Of a stretch of 64,000 bases of DNA, positions 27,333 to 37,144 are shown in pieces (position 1 is the first letter of the stretch; every line of letters starts with the position of its first letter). The stretch spans positions 96,001 through 160,000 of the forward strand of contig CBEUCH010000001.1 of the NCBI GenBank assembly GCA_965541585.1, given 5' to 3'. A model generated the notes under the pieces. It was given only the letters and a program-made list of their open reading frames with translations, ran no database searches and was not told where the DNA came from. Position numbers and translations under genes: made by a program. Source of the stretch: an uncultured bacterium (GTDB lineage Bacteria > Zixibacteria > MSB-5A5 > UBA10806).

Positions 27333-28607
27333 GTGGCTCAAACAATTGCACAGAAAATATTAGCTGACCATGCCGGACGTGAAGAGGTTACGCCGGGGGA
27401 GATAGTCACCGTTCCCGTGGATATTGCTATGGCCAATGAGCTATCCGCAGCGCTTTCGATTAAAGAGTTGGGCAAGTGGGGAGTGGATAAGCTGTTCGAT
27501 CCGGAGAAGATCAGCCTGATACCGGACCATTTCACTCCTGCAAAAGATATCAACGCGGCCGGTATCGCGAAATTGGTCAGAGACTTTGCGAAGAAGCACG
27601 ATGTCAAATGGTATTTCGAGGTCGGTCGGGCTGGAATAGAACATGCCGTGTTACCGTTGGAGGGTGTAATTCTGCCCGGTCAGATCATGATAGGCGGCGA
27701 TTCGCATACCTGCACCGCCGGGGCTATTAACTGCTTCGCCACAGGTGTAGGATCGACCGATATCGCCTGCGCCTGGGCCACCGGCGAGGCCTGGCTTAAA
27801 GTGCCGCAATCGGCAAGGCTAACATACACCGGCAGTCTCAAGCCGCACGTTTATGGTAAGGATCTGATTCTTTATGCTCTCAAGGACCTGACGGTCTCGG
27901 GCGCGACATATATGTCCATCGAATATCATGGGGACGTCTTCAATAATCTGTCGATGGCCGACAGATTCGCCATGGCGAATATGGCTATTGAAGCCGGAGC
28001 GAAAACGGGCATTTTTAATTTCGACGAAAAAACGAAGACACTGGTAGAATCGACCCCCAGATTCAAATCCGAAAAGCCAGCATACAAAACGTATGCTGCA
28101 GATGACGGTGCTCAATATGCGCTTCAGAGAAATTACGATGTATCAAATATCGAACCCCAGGTAGCCTGTCCGAATTCCCCCGATAATGTCAGGCCGGTAT
28201 CTGAAGTCCGCGACGTAAAGATCGACCAGGTTGTGATAGGGGCCTGCACAAATGGATGGCTGGAGGATATGATCCGGGCGGCGGAAGTTTTCAAGGGCAG
28301 GAAGATTCATAGTGATGTTCGCGTTATAGTGATACCGGGTTCGCAGGCAATCGCCAGGGAAGCGTTCGAGTTAAATATCCCGCAGATTTATATCGATGCC
28401 GGCTGTGTTTTTTCAACCTCGACCTGTGGGCCATGTTTGGGAGGGCATATGGGGGTTCTGGGGGATAACGAGGTCTGCGTCTCCACCACCAACCGAAATT
28501 TCAGCGGCAGGATGGGACACATAACATCGAAAGTATACCTGACCAACCCGGCGATAGCAGCGGCTTCCGCCGTATTGGGGCGAGTGGGTTCACCTGATGA
28601 ACTATAG
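27333..28607 (+). CDS. leuC: 3-isopropylmalate dehydratase/homoaconitase-family large subunit
   Basis: 'GDSHTCT', 'GACTNG', 'CGPCLG' and 'TNRNF.GRMG'; GTG start after GAGGAG. Confidence 0.9.
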   Translation: MAQTIAQKILADHAGREEVTPGEIVTVPVDIAMANELSAALSIKELGKWGVDKLFDPEKISLIPDHFTPAKDINAAGIAKLVRDFAKKHDVKWYFEVGRAGIEHAVLPLEGVILPGQIMIGGDSHTCTAGAINCFATGVGSTDIACAWATGEAWLKVPQSARLTYTGSLKPHVYGKDLILYALKDLTVSGATYMSIEYHGDVFNNLSMADRFAMANMAIEAGAKTGIFNFDEKTKTLVESTPRFKSEKPAYKTYAADDGAQYALQRNYDVSNIEPQVACPNSPDNVRPVSEVRDVKIDQVVIGACTNGWLEDMIRAAEVFKGRKIHSDVRVIVIPGSQAIAREAFELNIPQIYIDAGCVFSTSTCGPCLGGHMGVLGDNEVCVSTTNRNFSGRMGHITSKVYLTNPAIAAASAVLGRVGSPDEL

Positions 28608-28628
28608 TAGATATAAGGCTCGATCCGG

Positions 28629-29630
28629 ATGAAAGTTGCTGTAACAGGGGCCGGAGGATACCTGGGCAGAGCGCTGGTCTATCGACTGCTCGCTTCTGGA
28701 TTCGAGCCGTTCGCTATTGTCAAAAAGGAATCCGACGCTCTAGAGTATGAGGGCAAAGGGATCAATTCGGTATGCCGCGACCTTTCGGTAGAGAATGATT
28801 ACAATGGCTTATTAGATGGCTGCAAGGCCCTGGTGCACTGCGCGGCGTTAAGGCGCGATTATGGACGGTGGGAGGATTTCAAAAGAACAAATATCGATAT
28901 TACACGCCTGGTAATGGAATGCGCATTAAATAAGAAACTCGAAAAGATCATTCATATTTCCACGGCATCGATATATGGCAATGACCGAAGCCACTACGGG
29001 ACGGACGAGGAAGCCGATTACGGCCAAAGAGTGGTGGATTATTACACACGTTCCAAGATAGAGGCCGATAAGATCGTTTCCGGTCTTATAAAGTATAAGG
29101 ATTTTCCCGGGGTGATTCTTCGGCCGGGATATATCTGGGGTCCCGGCGGTCAGACGATAATCCCCTTTATCGTGGAGCGCTTAAGATCGGGAAGGCTGGT
29201 GCTGGTGGAGGACGGCGAGAATTTGCTATCACTTACCTTCATTGACAACGTGGTCGACGCGATCATGTTGGCGCTTAAGAATAAAGAAGCAACCGGGCGA
29301 ATTTTCAACATTACCGATGGTTCCAAGGTAACATCGAAACGGTTTATCAACGATATAATGTCCGTGCTGGGGATAGATGTGAAGCTTAAGGCTGTACCGT
29401 ATCCGTTGATATATTCGATGGCATATCTGCTCGAGCGTTATTATGGAGCTGCGCGTAAATCGACTCCGCCGCCTTATACTCGGTTCGCCGCGAGATTTCT
29501 CAAGTACAGTGCGGTTTTTGATATCTCCCGGGCCATATATGATCTCGGTTATCAACCGAAGATCTCGTATAAGGCCGGAATGACATTTATAACGCCATAC
29601 CTGCGGTCGCTTTATTACGGCATTAAATAG
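28629..29630 (+). CDS. Extended SDR NAD-dependent epimerase/dehydratase (3-beta-HSD-like)
   Basis: TGAGGYLG, YTRSK and 'LRPGYIWGPG'. Confidence 0.9.
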   Translation: MKVAVTGAGGYLGRALVYRLLASGFEPFAIVKKESDALEYEGKGINSVCRDLSVENDYNGLLDGCKALVHCAALRRDYGRWEDFKRTNIDITRLVMECALNKKLEKIIHISTASIYGNDRSHYGTDEEADYGQRVVDYYTRSKIEADKIVSGLIKYKDFPGVILRPGYIWGPGGQTIIPFIVERLRSGRLVLVEDGENLLSLTFIDNVVDAIMLALKNKEATGRIFNITDGSKVTSKRFINDIMSVLGIDVKLKAVPYPLIYSMAYLLERYYGAARKSTPPPYTRFAARFLKYSAVFDISRAIYDLGYQPKISYKAGMTFITPYLRSLYYGIK

Positions 29631-29647
29631 AACGCCGGGGAGGATAG

Positions 29648-30145
29648 ATGAAGCTTTCTGGAAAGGTCTACAGAGTGGAGGATAACATTAATACCGACAT
29701 TATCCTGCCGGGTCGATGGTGCCACCTGACGGATGAAACCGAGCTGGCCAAACACTGCATGGAGGATTACGACAAGGATTTTCACCTAAATTTCAAACGA
29801 GGTGATATAATAGTAGCCGATGAGAATTTCGGCTGTGGATCATCGCGGGAGGTGGCGCCGCTTTCTATGAGGGCGGCCGGTATCTCTGCGGTGGTAGCCA
29901 AATCGTTCGCCCGAATATTCTACAGAAACAGCATAAATATCGGATTGCCGATATTCGAATCGCCGGAATGTGTCGATGCTACCGAGGCCGGTGACGAGCT
30001 TCGGATAGACATTTTCGAAGGAAAAATTGTCAATGTTACAAAAGGGAAAGAGTTCGAGTTCGTGCCGTTTCCGCCGTTTATGAAAACTATAATCGAGAAA
30101 GGCGGCCTTAAGGGCTGGGTGATGGAGAAGCTGGGGAAGGCATGA
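29648..30145 (+). CDS. leuD: 3-isopropylmalate dehydratase small subunit
   Basis: 'NINTDIILP', 'NFGCGSSRE' and 'SFARIFYRN'. Confidence 0.92.
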   Translation: MKLSGKVYRVEDNINTDIILPGRWCHLTDETELAKHCMEDYDKDFHLNFKRGDIIVADENFGCGSSREVAPLSMRAAGISAVVAKSFARIFYRNSINIGLPIFESPECVDATEAGDELRIDIFEGKIVNVTKGKEFEFVPFPPFMKTIIEKGGLKGWVMEKLGKA

Positions 30146-30206
30146 GAAAATACGCTGATATTGATATGTATCGTTTTGCAGTTATTGAAATATCGAGAGG
30201 AAGATC

Positions 30207-31262
30207 ATGTATAAAATCGCGGTAATAGGTGGTGACGGCATAGGGCCGGAGGTCACATGGGAAGCCCTCAAAGTCTTGAACAGGGCCTCGGAATTATATG
30301 GATTCAGCTATGATACGACCGAATACCCGTTCGGCTCGGAGCATTATATCAAGACGGGCGAGTTGATGCCTGAATCTGTATATTCGGAATATAAAGAACA
30401 TGACGCTATTTTCTTAGGCGCTATCGGCGATCCGCGGGTGGAGGTTGGCCTGGTGGAGCGGGCGGTGATAGCGGGGATACGGTTCAAACTCGATCTATAT
30501 GTGAACCTGCGGCCTATCAAGCTGTATGCTGAATCACTCTGCCCCATCAAGAATAAGAAAATAGAGGATGTCGATCTGGTGGTGGTGCGCGAAAATACCG
30601 AGGACGTCTACACCGGAATCGGCGGTATCATGAAGAAGGGGACACCTGACGAAATTGCTATAGCCAATATGGTTTTCACCCGTAAGGGATGCGAGCGGGC
30701 GGTGCGTTACGCCTTCGAGATTGCCAAAGCCCGCAATAAGGATAATAAGGTAACGCTGGTCGATAAGGCCAACGCCATCCGCGCCCAGGATATCTGGACC
30801 CGCACCGTGGAGGAGGTCGGCAAAGAGTATCCCGATATCACACATGACCATGCCTATATCGACGCCGCCTGCATGTGGATGGTGAAAAACCCGGAGTGGT
30901 TCGACGTGGTCGTGACCACCAATATATTCGGCGATATTTTTACCGATCTGGGCGCCATGGTGCAGGGCGGTATGGGGATCGCCGCCTCCGGCAATATCCA
31001 TCCCGGCCAGGTCTCCATGTTCGAGCCGATTCACGGTTCCGCCCCCAAGTATAAGGATAAGAACGTCGCCTGTCCCATAGCGGCTATCATGGCGGCACAG
31101 ATGATGCTCGATTTCCTGGGAGAGACAAAGGCCGCTGCGGCTATCGAGGAGGCGGTTACATCGCTTCTGCAATCCGGGCGTATCAAATCCCTCGACGCCA
31201 GATCCGGTATACCTACATCGGAGATGGGGGATATGGTGGTGGCGGAGTTGAAGAGAGAATAG
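30207..31262 (+). CDS. leuB: 3-isopropylmalate dehydrogenase family protein
   Basis: 'GDGIGPEV', 'VRENTE', 'NIFGDI.TD' and 'FEPIHGSAP'. Confidence 0.9.
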   Translation: MYKIAVIGGDGIGPEVTWEALKVLNRASELYGFSYDTTEYPFGSEHYIKTGELMPESVYSEYKEHDAIFLGAIGDPRVEVGLVERAVIAGIRFKLDLYVNLRPIKLYAESLCPIKNKKIEDVDLVVVRENTEDVYTGIGGIMKKGTPDEIAIANMVFTRKGCERAVRYAFEIAKARNKDNKVTLVDKANAIRAQDIWTRTVEEVGKEYPDITHDHAYIDAACMWMVKNPEWFDVVVTTNIFGDIFTDLGAMVQGGMGIAASGNIHPGQVSMFEPIHGSAPKYKDKNVACPIAAIMAAQMMLDFLGETKAAAAIEEAVTSLLQSGRIKSLDARSGIPTSEMGDMVVAELKRE

Positions 31263-31265
31263 CTT

Positions 31266-31520
31266 GGTGTCGGGAGACGAGCTCCCGACCTACGGCGTGG
31301 GATTGTCATTCCCAATCCTACAGATCCGTAGGACTTGATTGGGGATTCCAACGGATCCGTAGGACCAGGACGAGAGGCATTCCGCTGGATTCCCGCGTTC
31401 GCGGGAATGACATGTATGGGCGTCAGGAGCGCAGGCCTATGGCTCGTATGAGGCTCCTGACCTACGGGCTAGGTGTCGGGGGATAAATCCTACGAATCTG
31501 CAGGACTCCCGACCTACGGC
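31266..31520. repeat. Cluster of REP-like palindromes between convergent genes
   Basis: Three copies of GGYGTCRGGRG...CTCCYGACCTACGG (GTAG-type on the minus strand); a GTCATTCCC.../TGGATTCCCGCGTTCGCGGGAATGAC pair; copies of TCCTAC...GYAGGAC. Confidence 0.8.
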
Positions 31521-31852
31521 AACTCCTCCAGGAACTCCACCGCCCGGCGCATGTGGGGGATGACGATCGAGCCGCCGACCACCAGGGCGACGCTGAAGAT
31601 TTCGAAAAACTCCTCTTTGCTCACACCGTTCTCGTGACACTTGATGATATGGTATTTGACGCAATCGTCGCAGCGAAGCACCATGGACGATGCCAATCCC
31701 AGCATCTCCTTCGTTTTGATATCGAGTGCCCCCGGCTGGTAGGCCATGGTATCCACCGAATAGAATCGCTTTATCGTCTTGTTGTCGGCATCGAGGATTT
31801 TCTGATTCATTCTCTCCCGGTAGCTATTGAATTCATCGAGTAACTTTCCCAT
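31514..31852 (-). CDS. Carboxymuconolactone decarboxylase/AhpD-family protein
   Basis: 'GALDIKTKEML.L..S.VLRCDDCVKYH'; GAGGAG RBS. Confidence 0.9.
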   Translation of the reverse strand: MGKLLDEFNSYRERMNQKILDADNKTIKRFYSVDTMAYQPGALDIKTKEMLGLASSMVLRCDDCVKYHIIKCHENGVSKEEFFEIFSVALVVGGSIVIPHMRRAVEFLEELP

Positions 31853-32054
31853 GTCGGCTCCTCTATTTTTTCTCATATCTTAATTGAAATCAGGTGCCGG
31901 CGCAAAATAAATAAGTAAGCAGCGATGGATGATCCGCTTCGGTCATTACTCTACAATAGCTGCAGTCCTCGCAAAATTGGTTGACTTTCAAGTCGAAATG
32001 AATAAATTGAAAAGTTTGTATGCGAAAGAATGATCCGGATAAAGAGGACTGACG

Positions 32055-33929
32055 ATGAAAGGCATGAAACCCGACGAAATAAAAGTAATCCTGGCCACGG
32101 ATTGCGGTTCCACAACGACCAAGGCTATTCTCATAGAATACCAGGACGGCGAATACCGTCTGATCGTTCGCGGTGAGGCTCCGACAACCGTGGAGGCGCC
32201 GTTCGAGGACGTCACCATGGGGGTTCTAAACGCCATCGGTGAGGTGGAGGAGCTCTCGGGTCGAAAGATCCTGGATGAAAATGATAAGATCATAAATCCG
32301 AGGACCGACGAAAACGGCAATAAGGTTGGCACAGATATATATGTTTCAACATCGTCGGCGGGCGGGGGCCTGCAGATGATGGTTGCCGGTGTAGTGCGGA
32401 AGATGACGGCTGAATCCGCCGAGAGGGCGGCGTTGGGGGCCGGCGCAATCGTCATGGATGTTATTGCCTCTAACGATAAGAGACTTCCTCACCAGCAGAT
32501 CGAGAGGATCAGGCATCTGCGTCCGGATATGATTCTGCTTTCAGGTGGTATAGACGGCGGCACTATGACCCACGTGGTGGAATTGGCAGAGCTTATCTCG
32601 GCGGCCGATCCCAGACCACGGCTCGGAACCGGATATAATCTGCCGGTTATCTATGCCGGCAACAAGAATGCCAGAGAAGCTGTAAAAGAAACGCTTGGTG
32701 ATAAAACTGCTCTGGATATAGTGGATAATTTGCGTCCCGTGCTGGAAAGAGAGAATCTCCTTCCGGCCAGAGAGAAAGTCCACGACCTGTTCATGGAGCA
32801 TGTCATGGCACAGGCTCCCGGGTATAGCAAGCTGATGGAGTGGACTGACGCTCCCATCATGCCGACTCCCGGTGCCGTCGGAATAATTATCAAGCGGGTG
32901 GCCGATGAGATGAATATAGAGGCGGTGGGAGTCGATATCGGGGGAGCCACTACAGATGTCTTCTCCGTCTTCCGGCCCGAAGGTAAACCTGAAGGGGTCT
33001 TCAACCGCACGGTGTCGGCCAACCTGGGGATGAGCTATTCGGTCTCCAACGTTTTCGCCGAGGCCACCGTGCCGAAGGTCATGCGCTGGGTGCCTTTCGA
33101 TATGGACGAACGGGATCTGAGAAACAGGGTCAAGAACAAGATGATCCGTCCCACGACGATTCCTCAATCGTTACAGGAGCTGGTATTCGAGCAGGCTATC
33201 GCCAAAGAAGCGTTGAGGCTGGCTTTCATCCAGCATAAGAATTTCGCCACCGAATTGAAGGGTGTCCAGCAGCAACGGACTATCGCCGACGCGTTCGATC
33301 AGACCACCGCCGGCGCCACGATCGTGAACATGATGAGCCTCGATATCCTGATCGGTTCGGGCGGCGTCCTATCGCATGCACCCCGCCGTCAGCAGGCGGC
33401 TTTGATGATGCTCGACGCTTTCCAGCCGGAGGGAATAACCAGGCTGGCGGTCGATTCCATCTTCATGATGCCTCAGTTGGGGGTGCTGTCCGAGGTTCAC
33501 TCCCGGGCGGCGACGGAGGTTTTCAATAAGGATTGCCTGATTCATCTGGGATGCTGTGTGGCCCCTGCAGGCGAAGGCATCAAAAAGGGCCAGGAAATGC
33601 TTGAATACAGGATAGAACTCCCGGATGGCAGCATCGAGGAAGGCAAGATCATCGACGGGCAGATGAAGCTCGTCAAACTTGGTGTGGGGGAGAGTGGCCT
33701 GCCGCTGTTGGCCAGAGGGGTTCTCAAACCGGCCAGGAATCTCGATCTCGGAAGAGGTAGAGGCAATGCGATCACTACGGAGTTATCCGGCGGTGTGGTC
33801 GGGATTATACTCGATGGCCGGGGACGTCCGTTCGTTCTGCCTGACGACGCCAAAACCCGTGTCGCCAAGCTCAAGGAATGGATGCTGGAGCTTGATATAT
33901 ATCCCCGGGAGCGGCTGGAGAAGCTATAA
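32055..33929 (+). CDS. Glutamate mutase L (GlmL/MutL)-family actin-like ATPase
   Basis: 'DCGSTTTK', 'SSAGGGL', 'MPTPGAV', 'VDIGGATTDVFS' and 'RTVSANLGMSYS'. Confidence 0.88.
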   Translation: MKGMKPDEIKVILATDCGSTTTKAILIEYQDGEYRLIVRGEAPTTVEAPFEDVTMGVLNAIGEVEELSGRKILDENDKIINPRTDENGNKVGTDIYVSTSSAGGGLQMMVAGVVRKMTAESAERAALGAGAIVMDVIASNDKRLPHQQIERIRHLRPDMILLSGGIDGGTMTHVVELAELISAADPRPRLGTGYNLPVIYAGNKNAREAVKETLGDKTALDIVDNLRPVLERENLLPAREKVHDLFMEHVMAQAPGYSKLMEWTDAPIMPTPGAVGIIIKRVADEMNIEAVGVDIGGATTDVFSVFRPEGKPEGVFNRTVSANLGMSYSVSNVFAEATVPKVMRWVPFDMDERDLRNRVKNKMIRPTTIPQSLQELVFEQAIAKEALRLAFIQHKNFATELKGVQQQRTIADAFDQTTAGATIVNMMSLDILIGSGGVLSHAPRRQQAALMMLDAFQPEGITRLAVDSIFMMPQLGVLSEVHSRAATEVFNKDCLIHLGCCVAPAGEGIKKGQEMLEYRIELPDGSIEEGKIIDGQMKLVKLGVGESGLPLLARGVLKPARNLDLGRGRGNAITTELSGGVVGIILDGRGRPFVLPDDAKTRVAKLKEWMLELDIYPRERLEKL

Positions 33930-34006
33930 AGTATAGTCGATAAGTATCACAGAGAGGTCTGACGTGACAATGTATGTTAGGCAAGCATCTGAAAGGAGAG
34001 ACATTT

Positions 34007-34366
34007 GTGGATACTCAAACGTGGATTAAAGACCTTTTCGAAGCGGTTGACTCGCTGGATGCGGATAAGTTCGCGGGATTCCTTACCGATGATGCAATTT
34101 TCAGATTCGCCAACGCCGCCCCGGTGGAGGGCAAGGCTGCAATTCGTAGCGCCCTGACCGGATTCTTCTCATCGATCAACGGCTTGAAACACGAAATCCT
34201 CGAATGGTGGGAGCAGGATGGCACCGTGATATGCCGCGGCGAGGTTACGTATATGAAAAAGGATGCCAGTGAATTTACCGCTCCGTTCGCCAATTTCTTC
34301 AAGATGAAAGGTGAGTTGATAAAAGATTACCTTGTATATGTGGATGCATCCCAGCTTTACGCTTAG
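34007..34366 (+). CDS. SnoaL-like/NTF2-family protein
   Basis: 'F..FLTDDA.FRFANA.PV.G..AI' and 'YLVYVD'. Confidence 0.85.
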   Translation: MDTQTWIKDLFEAVDSLDADKFAGFLTDDAIFRFANAAPVEGKAAIRSALTGFFSSINGLKHEILEWWEQDGTVICRGEVTYMKKDASEFTAPFANFFKMKGELIKDYLVYVDASQLYA

Positions 34367-34460
34367 AGGCTAATTATGATTTTGTGAGCGATTTTCTTTT
34401 TTGAGCGGCGAGCCACTTCTACCCTCGGCCCAAGGCCTGACCCTACCGCACCTAATTTAG

Positions 34461-34490
34461 TTGACCTTTTTGCCCTCAGGAGTATATAAT
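34461..34490 (+). promoter_or_regulatory. Sigma70-type promoter
   Basis: TTGACC-N18-TATAAT, which supports a start at 34527. Confidence 0.55.
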
Positions 34491-34526
34491 ATAGGGAGAG
34501 TATATATCAACTGCAGAGGTGTTTGT

Positions 34527-35681
34527 ATGAAAGGCTTTATTAAGTTCACTTGTATCGGGTTGGCTGTATCCGGCTTAATTGCATTGTCATCGTGCAGTAA
34601 ATCAACGGAGCCTGAAAAAAACTACGATTTCCCGGAGCCGCTGGATAGCGTCGCCAATGATATAACGCTTTCGATCCACTCGGCTGTCTGGGATACCCTT
34701 CTGGCAACAACTGAACTAATAACAGAAGGAACGACGATAATAGAATTTGGCGACTCATCCTACTTGTATCATGCTTTCAATATCTATGCAGAAGCCGAGG
34801 GGTTCTACACAGAATTGTACTTTTGCCGGAACGGAGATACCGTAACCGTCGATCTGGATGCTGTGCCGACTGCAGCCAATGCCATCACGGGCGTCATAAT
34901 CGGCTCTCAGGATATGTGGCCTCATTATTATTATGCAGACGGCGATATCGAGGTCGGCGGTCCGGAAAACCTATCACTGACCATCAGAACCGATCAGCAA
35001 GGACGCTTTGGCTTGGGTAATTTACCAAATGGTACATTCCAGATGAGCATTAATCGCTCGGGATGGCATGAGCCTATTATCTTCCAGGTTGAAAACGCAG
35101 GCAGTATTGATTATAGAGATTTGCTTTTTGTCGATCCTGCACAACTTGAAGCCCCCTATCTTTATCTCTATCCGCAAACCGAAATGGATATTACCATTGA
35201 ACTTGGCTTTCCGCAGGGGGGACAAATAACCGAATCCGAGCCGCCATATGGCAGCGGCTGGAATGTTCATGTTACTCCCGATGGCGTAATCGAAGGGCAA
35301 TACTCATATTTATTCTACGAGGGAGTTATATCGGTGCCATTCAACCATGAATGCGCCTGGCTTCTGGATGGCAACGACCTTGAGAACGAGATGCGAAACC
35401 TGCTTGTAAACCTCAGCTTTGAAGGCAGAGAGATTGACGATTTTGTCGATTTCTGGGTGCCGATAATCGAGGGCTCGCCCTGGTATGCGTTCTTCCCTCA
35501 GGACGTCGAATCGATTATTACGCTTGATATTACGCCGATTCCCGACAATATCCTAAGGGCGCTGTTTTTCATCTACCCACTCGAACAGCCTCTGTCTATC
35601 CCGGAACCTGAGATCCCGGTTGATTTCACCCGTGATGGTTTTACGGTTGTGGAATGGGGCGTTATCGGCTGGCATGATTAG
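34527..35681 (+). CDS. Lipoprotein with uncharacterised 'P.LYLYP...VVEWG' C-terminal domain
   Basis: Lipobox LSSC, a carboxypeptidase-regulatory-like middle region and a conserved-looking C-terminal domain. Confidence 0.75.
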   Translation: MKGFIKFTCIGLAVSGLIALSSCSKSTEPEKNYDFPEPLDSVANDITLSIHSAVWDTLLATTELITEGTTIIEFGDSSYLYHAFNIYAEAEGFYTELYFCRNGDTVTVDLDAVPTAANAITGVIIGSQDMWPHYYYADGDIEVGGPENLSLTIRTDQQGRFGLGNLPNGTFQMSINRSGWHEPIIFQVENAGSIDYRDLLFVDPAQLEAPYLYLYPQTEMDITIELGFPQGGQITESEPPYGSGWNVHVTPDGVIEGQYSYLFYEGVISVPFNHECAWLLDGNDLENEMRNLLVNLSFEGREIDDFVDFWVPIIEGSPWYAFFPQDVESIITLDITPIPDNILRALFFIYPLEQPLSIPEPEIPVDFTRDGFTVVEWGVIGWHD

Positions 35682-35689
35682 GTTTTTGG

Positions 35690-36112
35690 TTGCCAGTCCT
35701 GCTTTCCGGACCAAGCATATTACCCGGTAAAGTGTTGAACCCCGAAGATCTAATATCTCTCTCCCAGCAGATCCAGAAGGCGTTTGACGGCAAAGACATC
35801 GACGCCATCCTGCAGCATTACAACGATGATATTGTCTTGATCGGGCCGTCGTTTCCGGAACCGGTCTATGGCATAGATGATTTGAAAAAAGCGATTTTAA
35901 GATATTTCAAGAATCCCCGGAGGACGGCCACAACTCTAAAAAATATAAAGACTTATCCTCTTGGGGATGATATCTGCCTGGTATTCTGCAGAATCGAAGG
36001 CTACCAATCTGTATACTATTCGAGATACGATTTCAAAGGATGGCTTTCGAGGGTTTTTGTCGAGTCCGATGATGGCCCCAAGATAGTCAGCGAACAACTT
36101 TCGCTCACTTAG
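35690..36112 (+). CDS. NTF2-like/SnoaL-family protein (start uncertain)
   Basis: 'AFDGKDIDAILQHYNDDIV' and 'SRVF....PKIVSEQLS'. Confidence 0.7.
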   Translation: MPVLLSGPSILPGKVLNPEDLISLSQQIQKAFDGKDIDAILQHYNDDIVLIGPSFPEPVYGIDDLKKAILRYFKNPRRTATTLKNIKTYPLGDDICLVFCRIEGYQSVYYSRYDFKGWLSRVFVESDDGPKIVSEQLSLT

Positions 36113-36292
36113 CTTGCTGTTCATTTCTTAAGATATGCCGAAGCCAAGCCCTCTGATATTTGGCGGCCCGCCGTCAGTTTTCCGCATTTATTGGCGGGAA
36201 CTCCAACTTATTTAATAGGTTTACATTGATAGTCGATTAGACTATATTGTGCGCCAAAACGGGAATTTGCTCAAAGGTTAAGGAGGCAGGAA

Positions 36293-36601
36293 TTGTTCAA
36301 AGGCGTGCTATTGATGGGGGCGCCCTCCGGCGGTGGGGGTGGCGGAAGCAGCTTATCCCTGCTTTTGATGTTCGGTCTGATTTTCGCCGTAATGTATTTT
36401 TTCATGATCAGGCCGCAGCAGAGAAGGGAAAAAGAACGCCAGAGGATTATCTCGGAACTCAAGAAGGGCGACAAGGTCGTTACCAACTCCGGGATCATTG
36501 GAACCGTATGGGGCATAAAGGATAACGTCGTCGTTTTGAAGGTCGATGACAATGTGAAAATGGAGTTTTTGAAAAGCGCAGTTTCGGCAAAGGTCGAGTA
36601 A
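36293..36601 (+). CDS. yajC: Preprotein translocase subunit YajC
   Basis: 'MYFFMIRPQQRR' and 'LKKGDKVVT.SGI.G'. Confidence 0.95.
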   Translation: MFKGVLLMGAPSGGGGGGSSLSLLLMFGLIFAVMYFFMIRPQQRREKERQRIISELKKGDKVVTNSGIIGTVWGIKDNVVVLKVDDNVKMEFLKSAVSAKVE

Positions 36602-36625
36602 TTCAAAGCGGGAGCTTAAAAAAGT

Positions 36626-37144
36626 TTGTCTATTCTGCCCATAAAAGTTTACGGTGAAGAGGTCCTGAGGGAAAAATCCGAGGCCGTTGAGAATATCGAC
36701 GGTGAGATGATGGATTTTTTGGAAAGTTTGAACCGGACCATGCAGTACGCCAAGGGTCTGGGGTTGGCGGCCAATCAGGTGGGCCGCGCCATCAGGGCCT
36801 TCGCCATCGATTTATCGCATTTTGATGTTCTGGCCGAGCCCAGGGTGTTCGTCAACCCGGAAATCATGGAGATCGGGGGAAACGTAGTTACCGGCGAAGA
36901 AGGCTGTCTGTCATTTCCCGGCCTTTTTCAAATGATCGAAAGACCGGAGAAGACAACCATCAAGAGTATCGACTTCGACGGCAAGGAATATTTTTTCGAG
37001 GCAAACGGGATGGTGGCCAGGGTAATCGTACATGAGATAGACCATCTCGACGGCACCCTATTCATAGACAAGCTAAGCCCCGCACAAAGACGACTCATAA
37101 AAGGAAAGCTTAACAAGATCAAGGCCGGCGAAAAGGTTGGATGA
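36626..37144 (+). CDS. def: Peptide deformylase
   Basis: GLGLAANQ, EGCLS and HEIDH. Confidence 0.96.
   Translation: MSILPIKVYGEEVLREKSEAVENIDGEMMDFLESLNRTMQYAKGLGLAANQVGRAIRAFAIDLSHFDVLAEPRVFVNPEIMEIGGNVVTGEEGCLSFPGLFQMIERPEKTTIKSIDFDGKEYFFEANGMVARVIVHEIDHLDGTLFIDKLSPAQRRLIKGKLNKIKAGEKVG

Noticed and set aside
34418..34450. Possible additional GTAG-type REP
   Set aside because: Weak palindrome whose arms do not match the 31.3-kb family.
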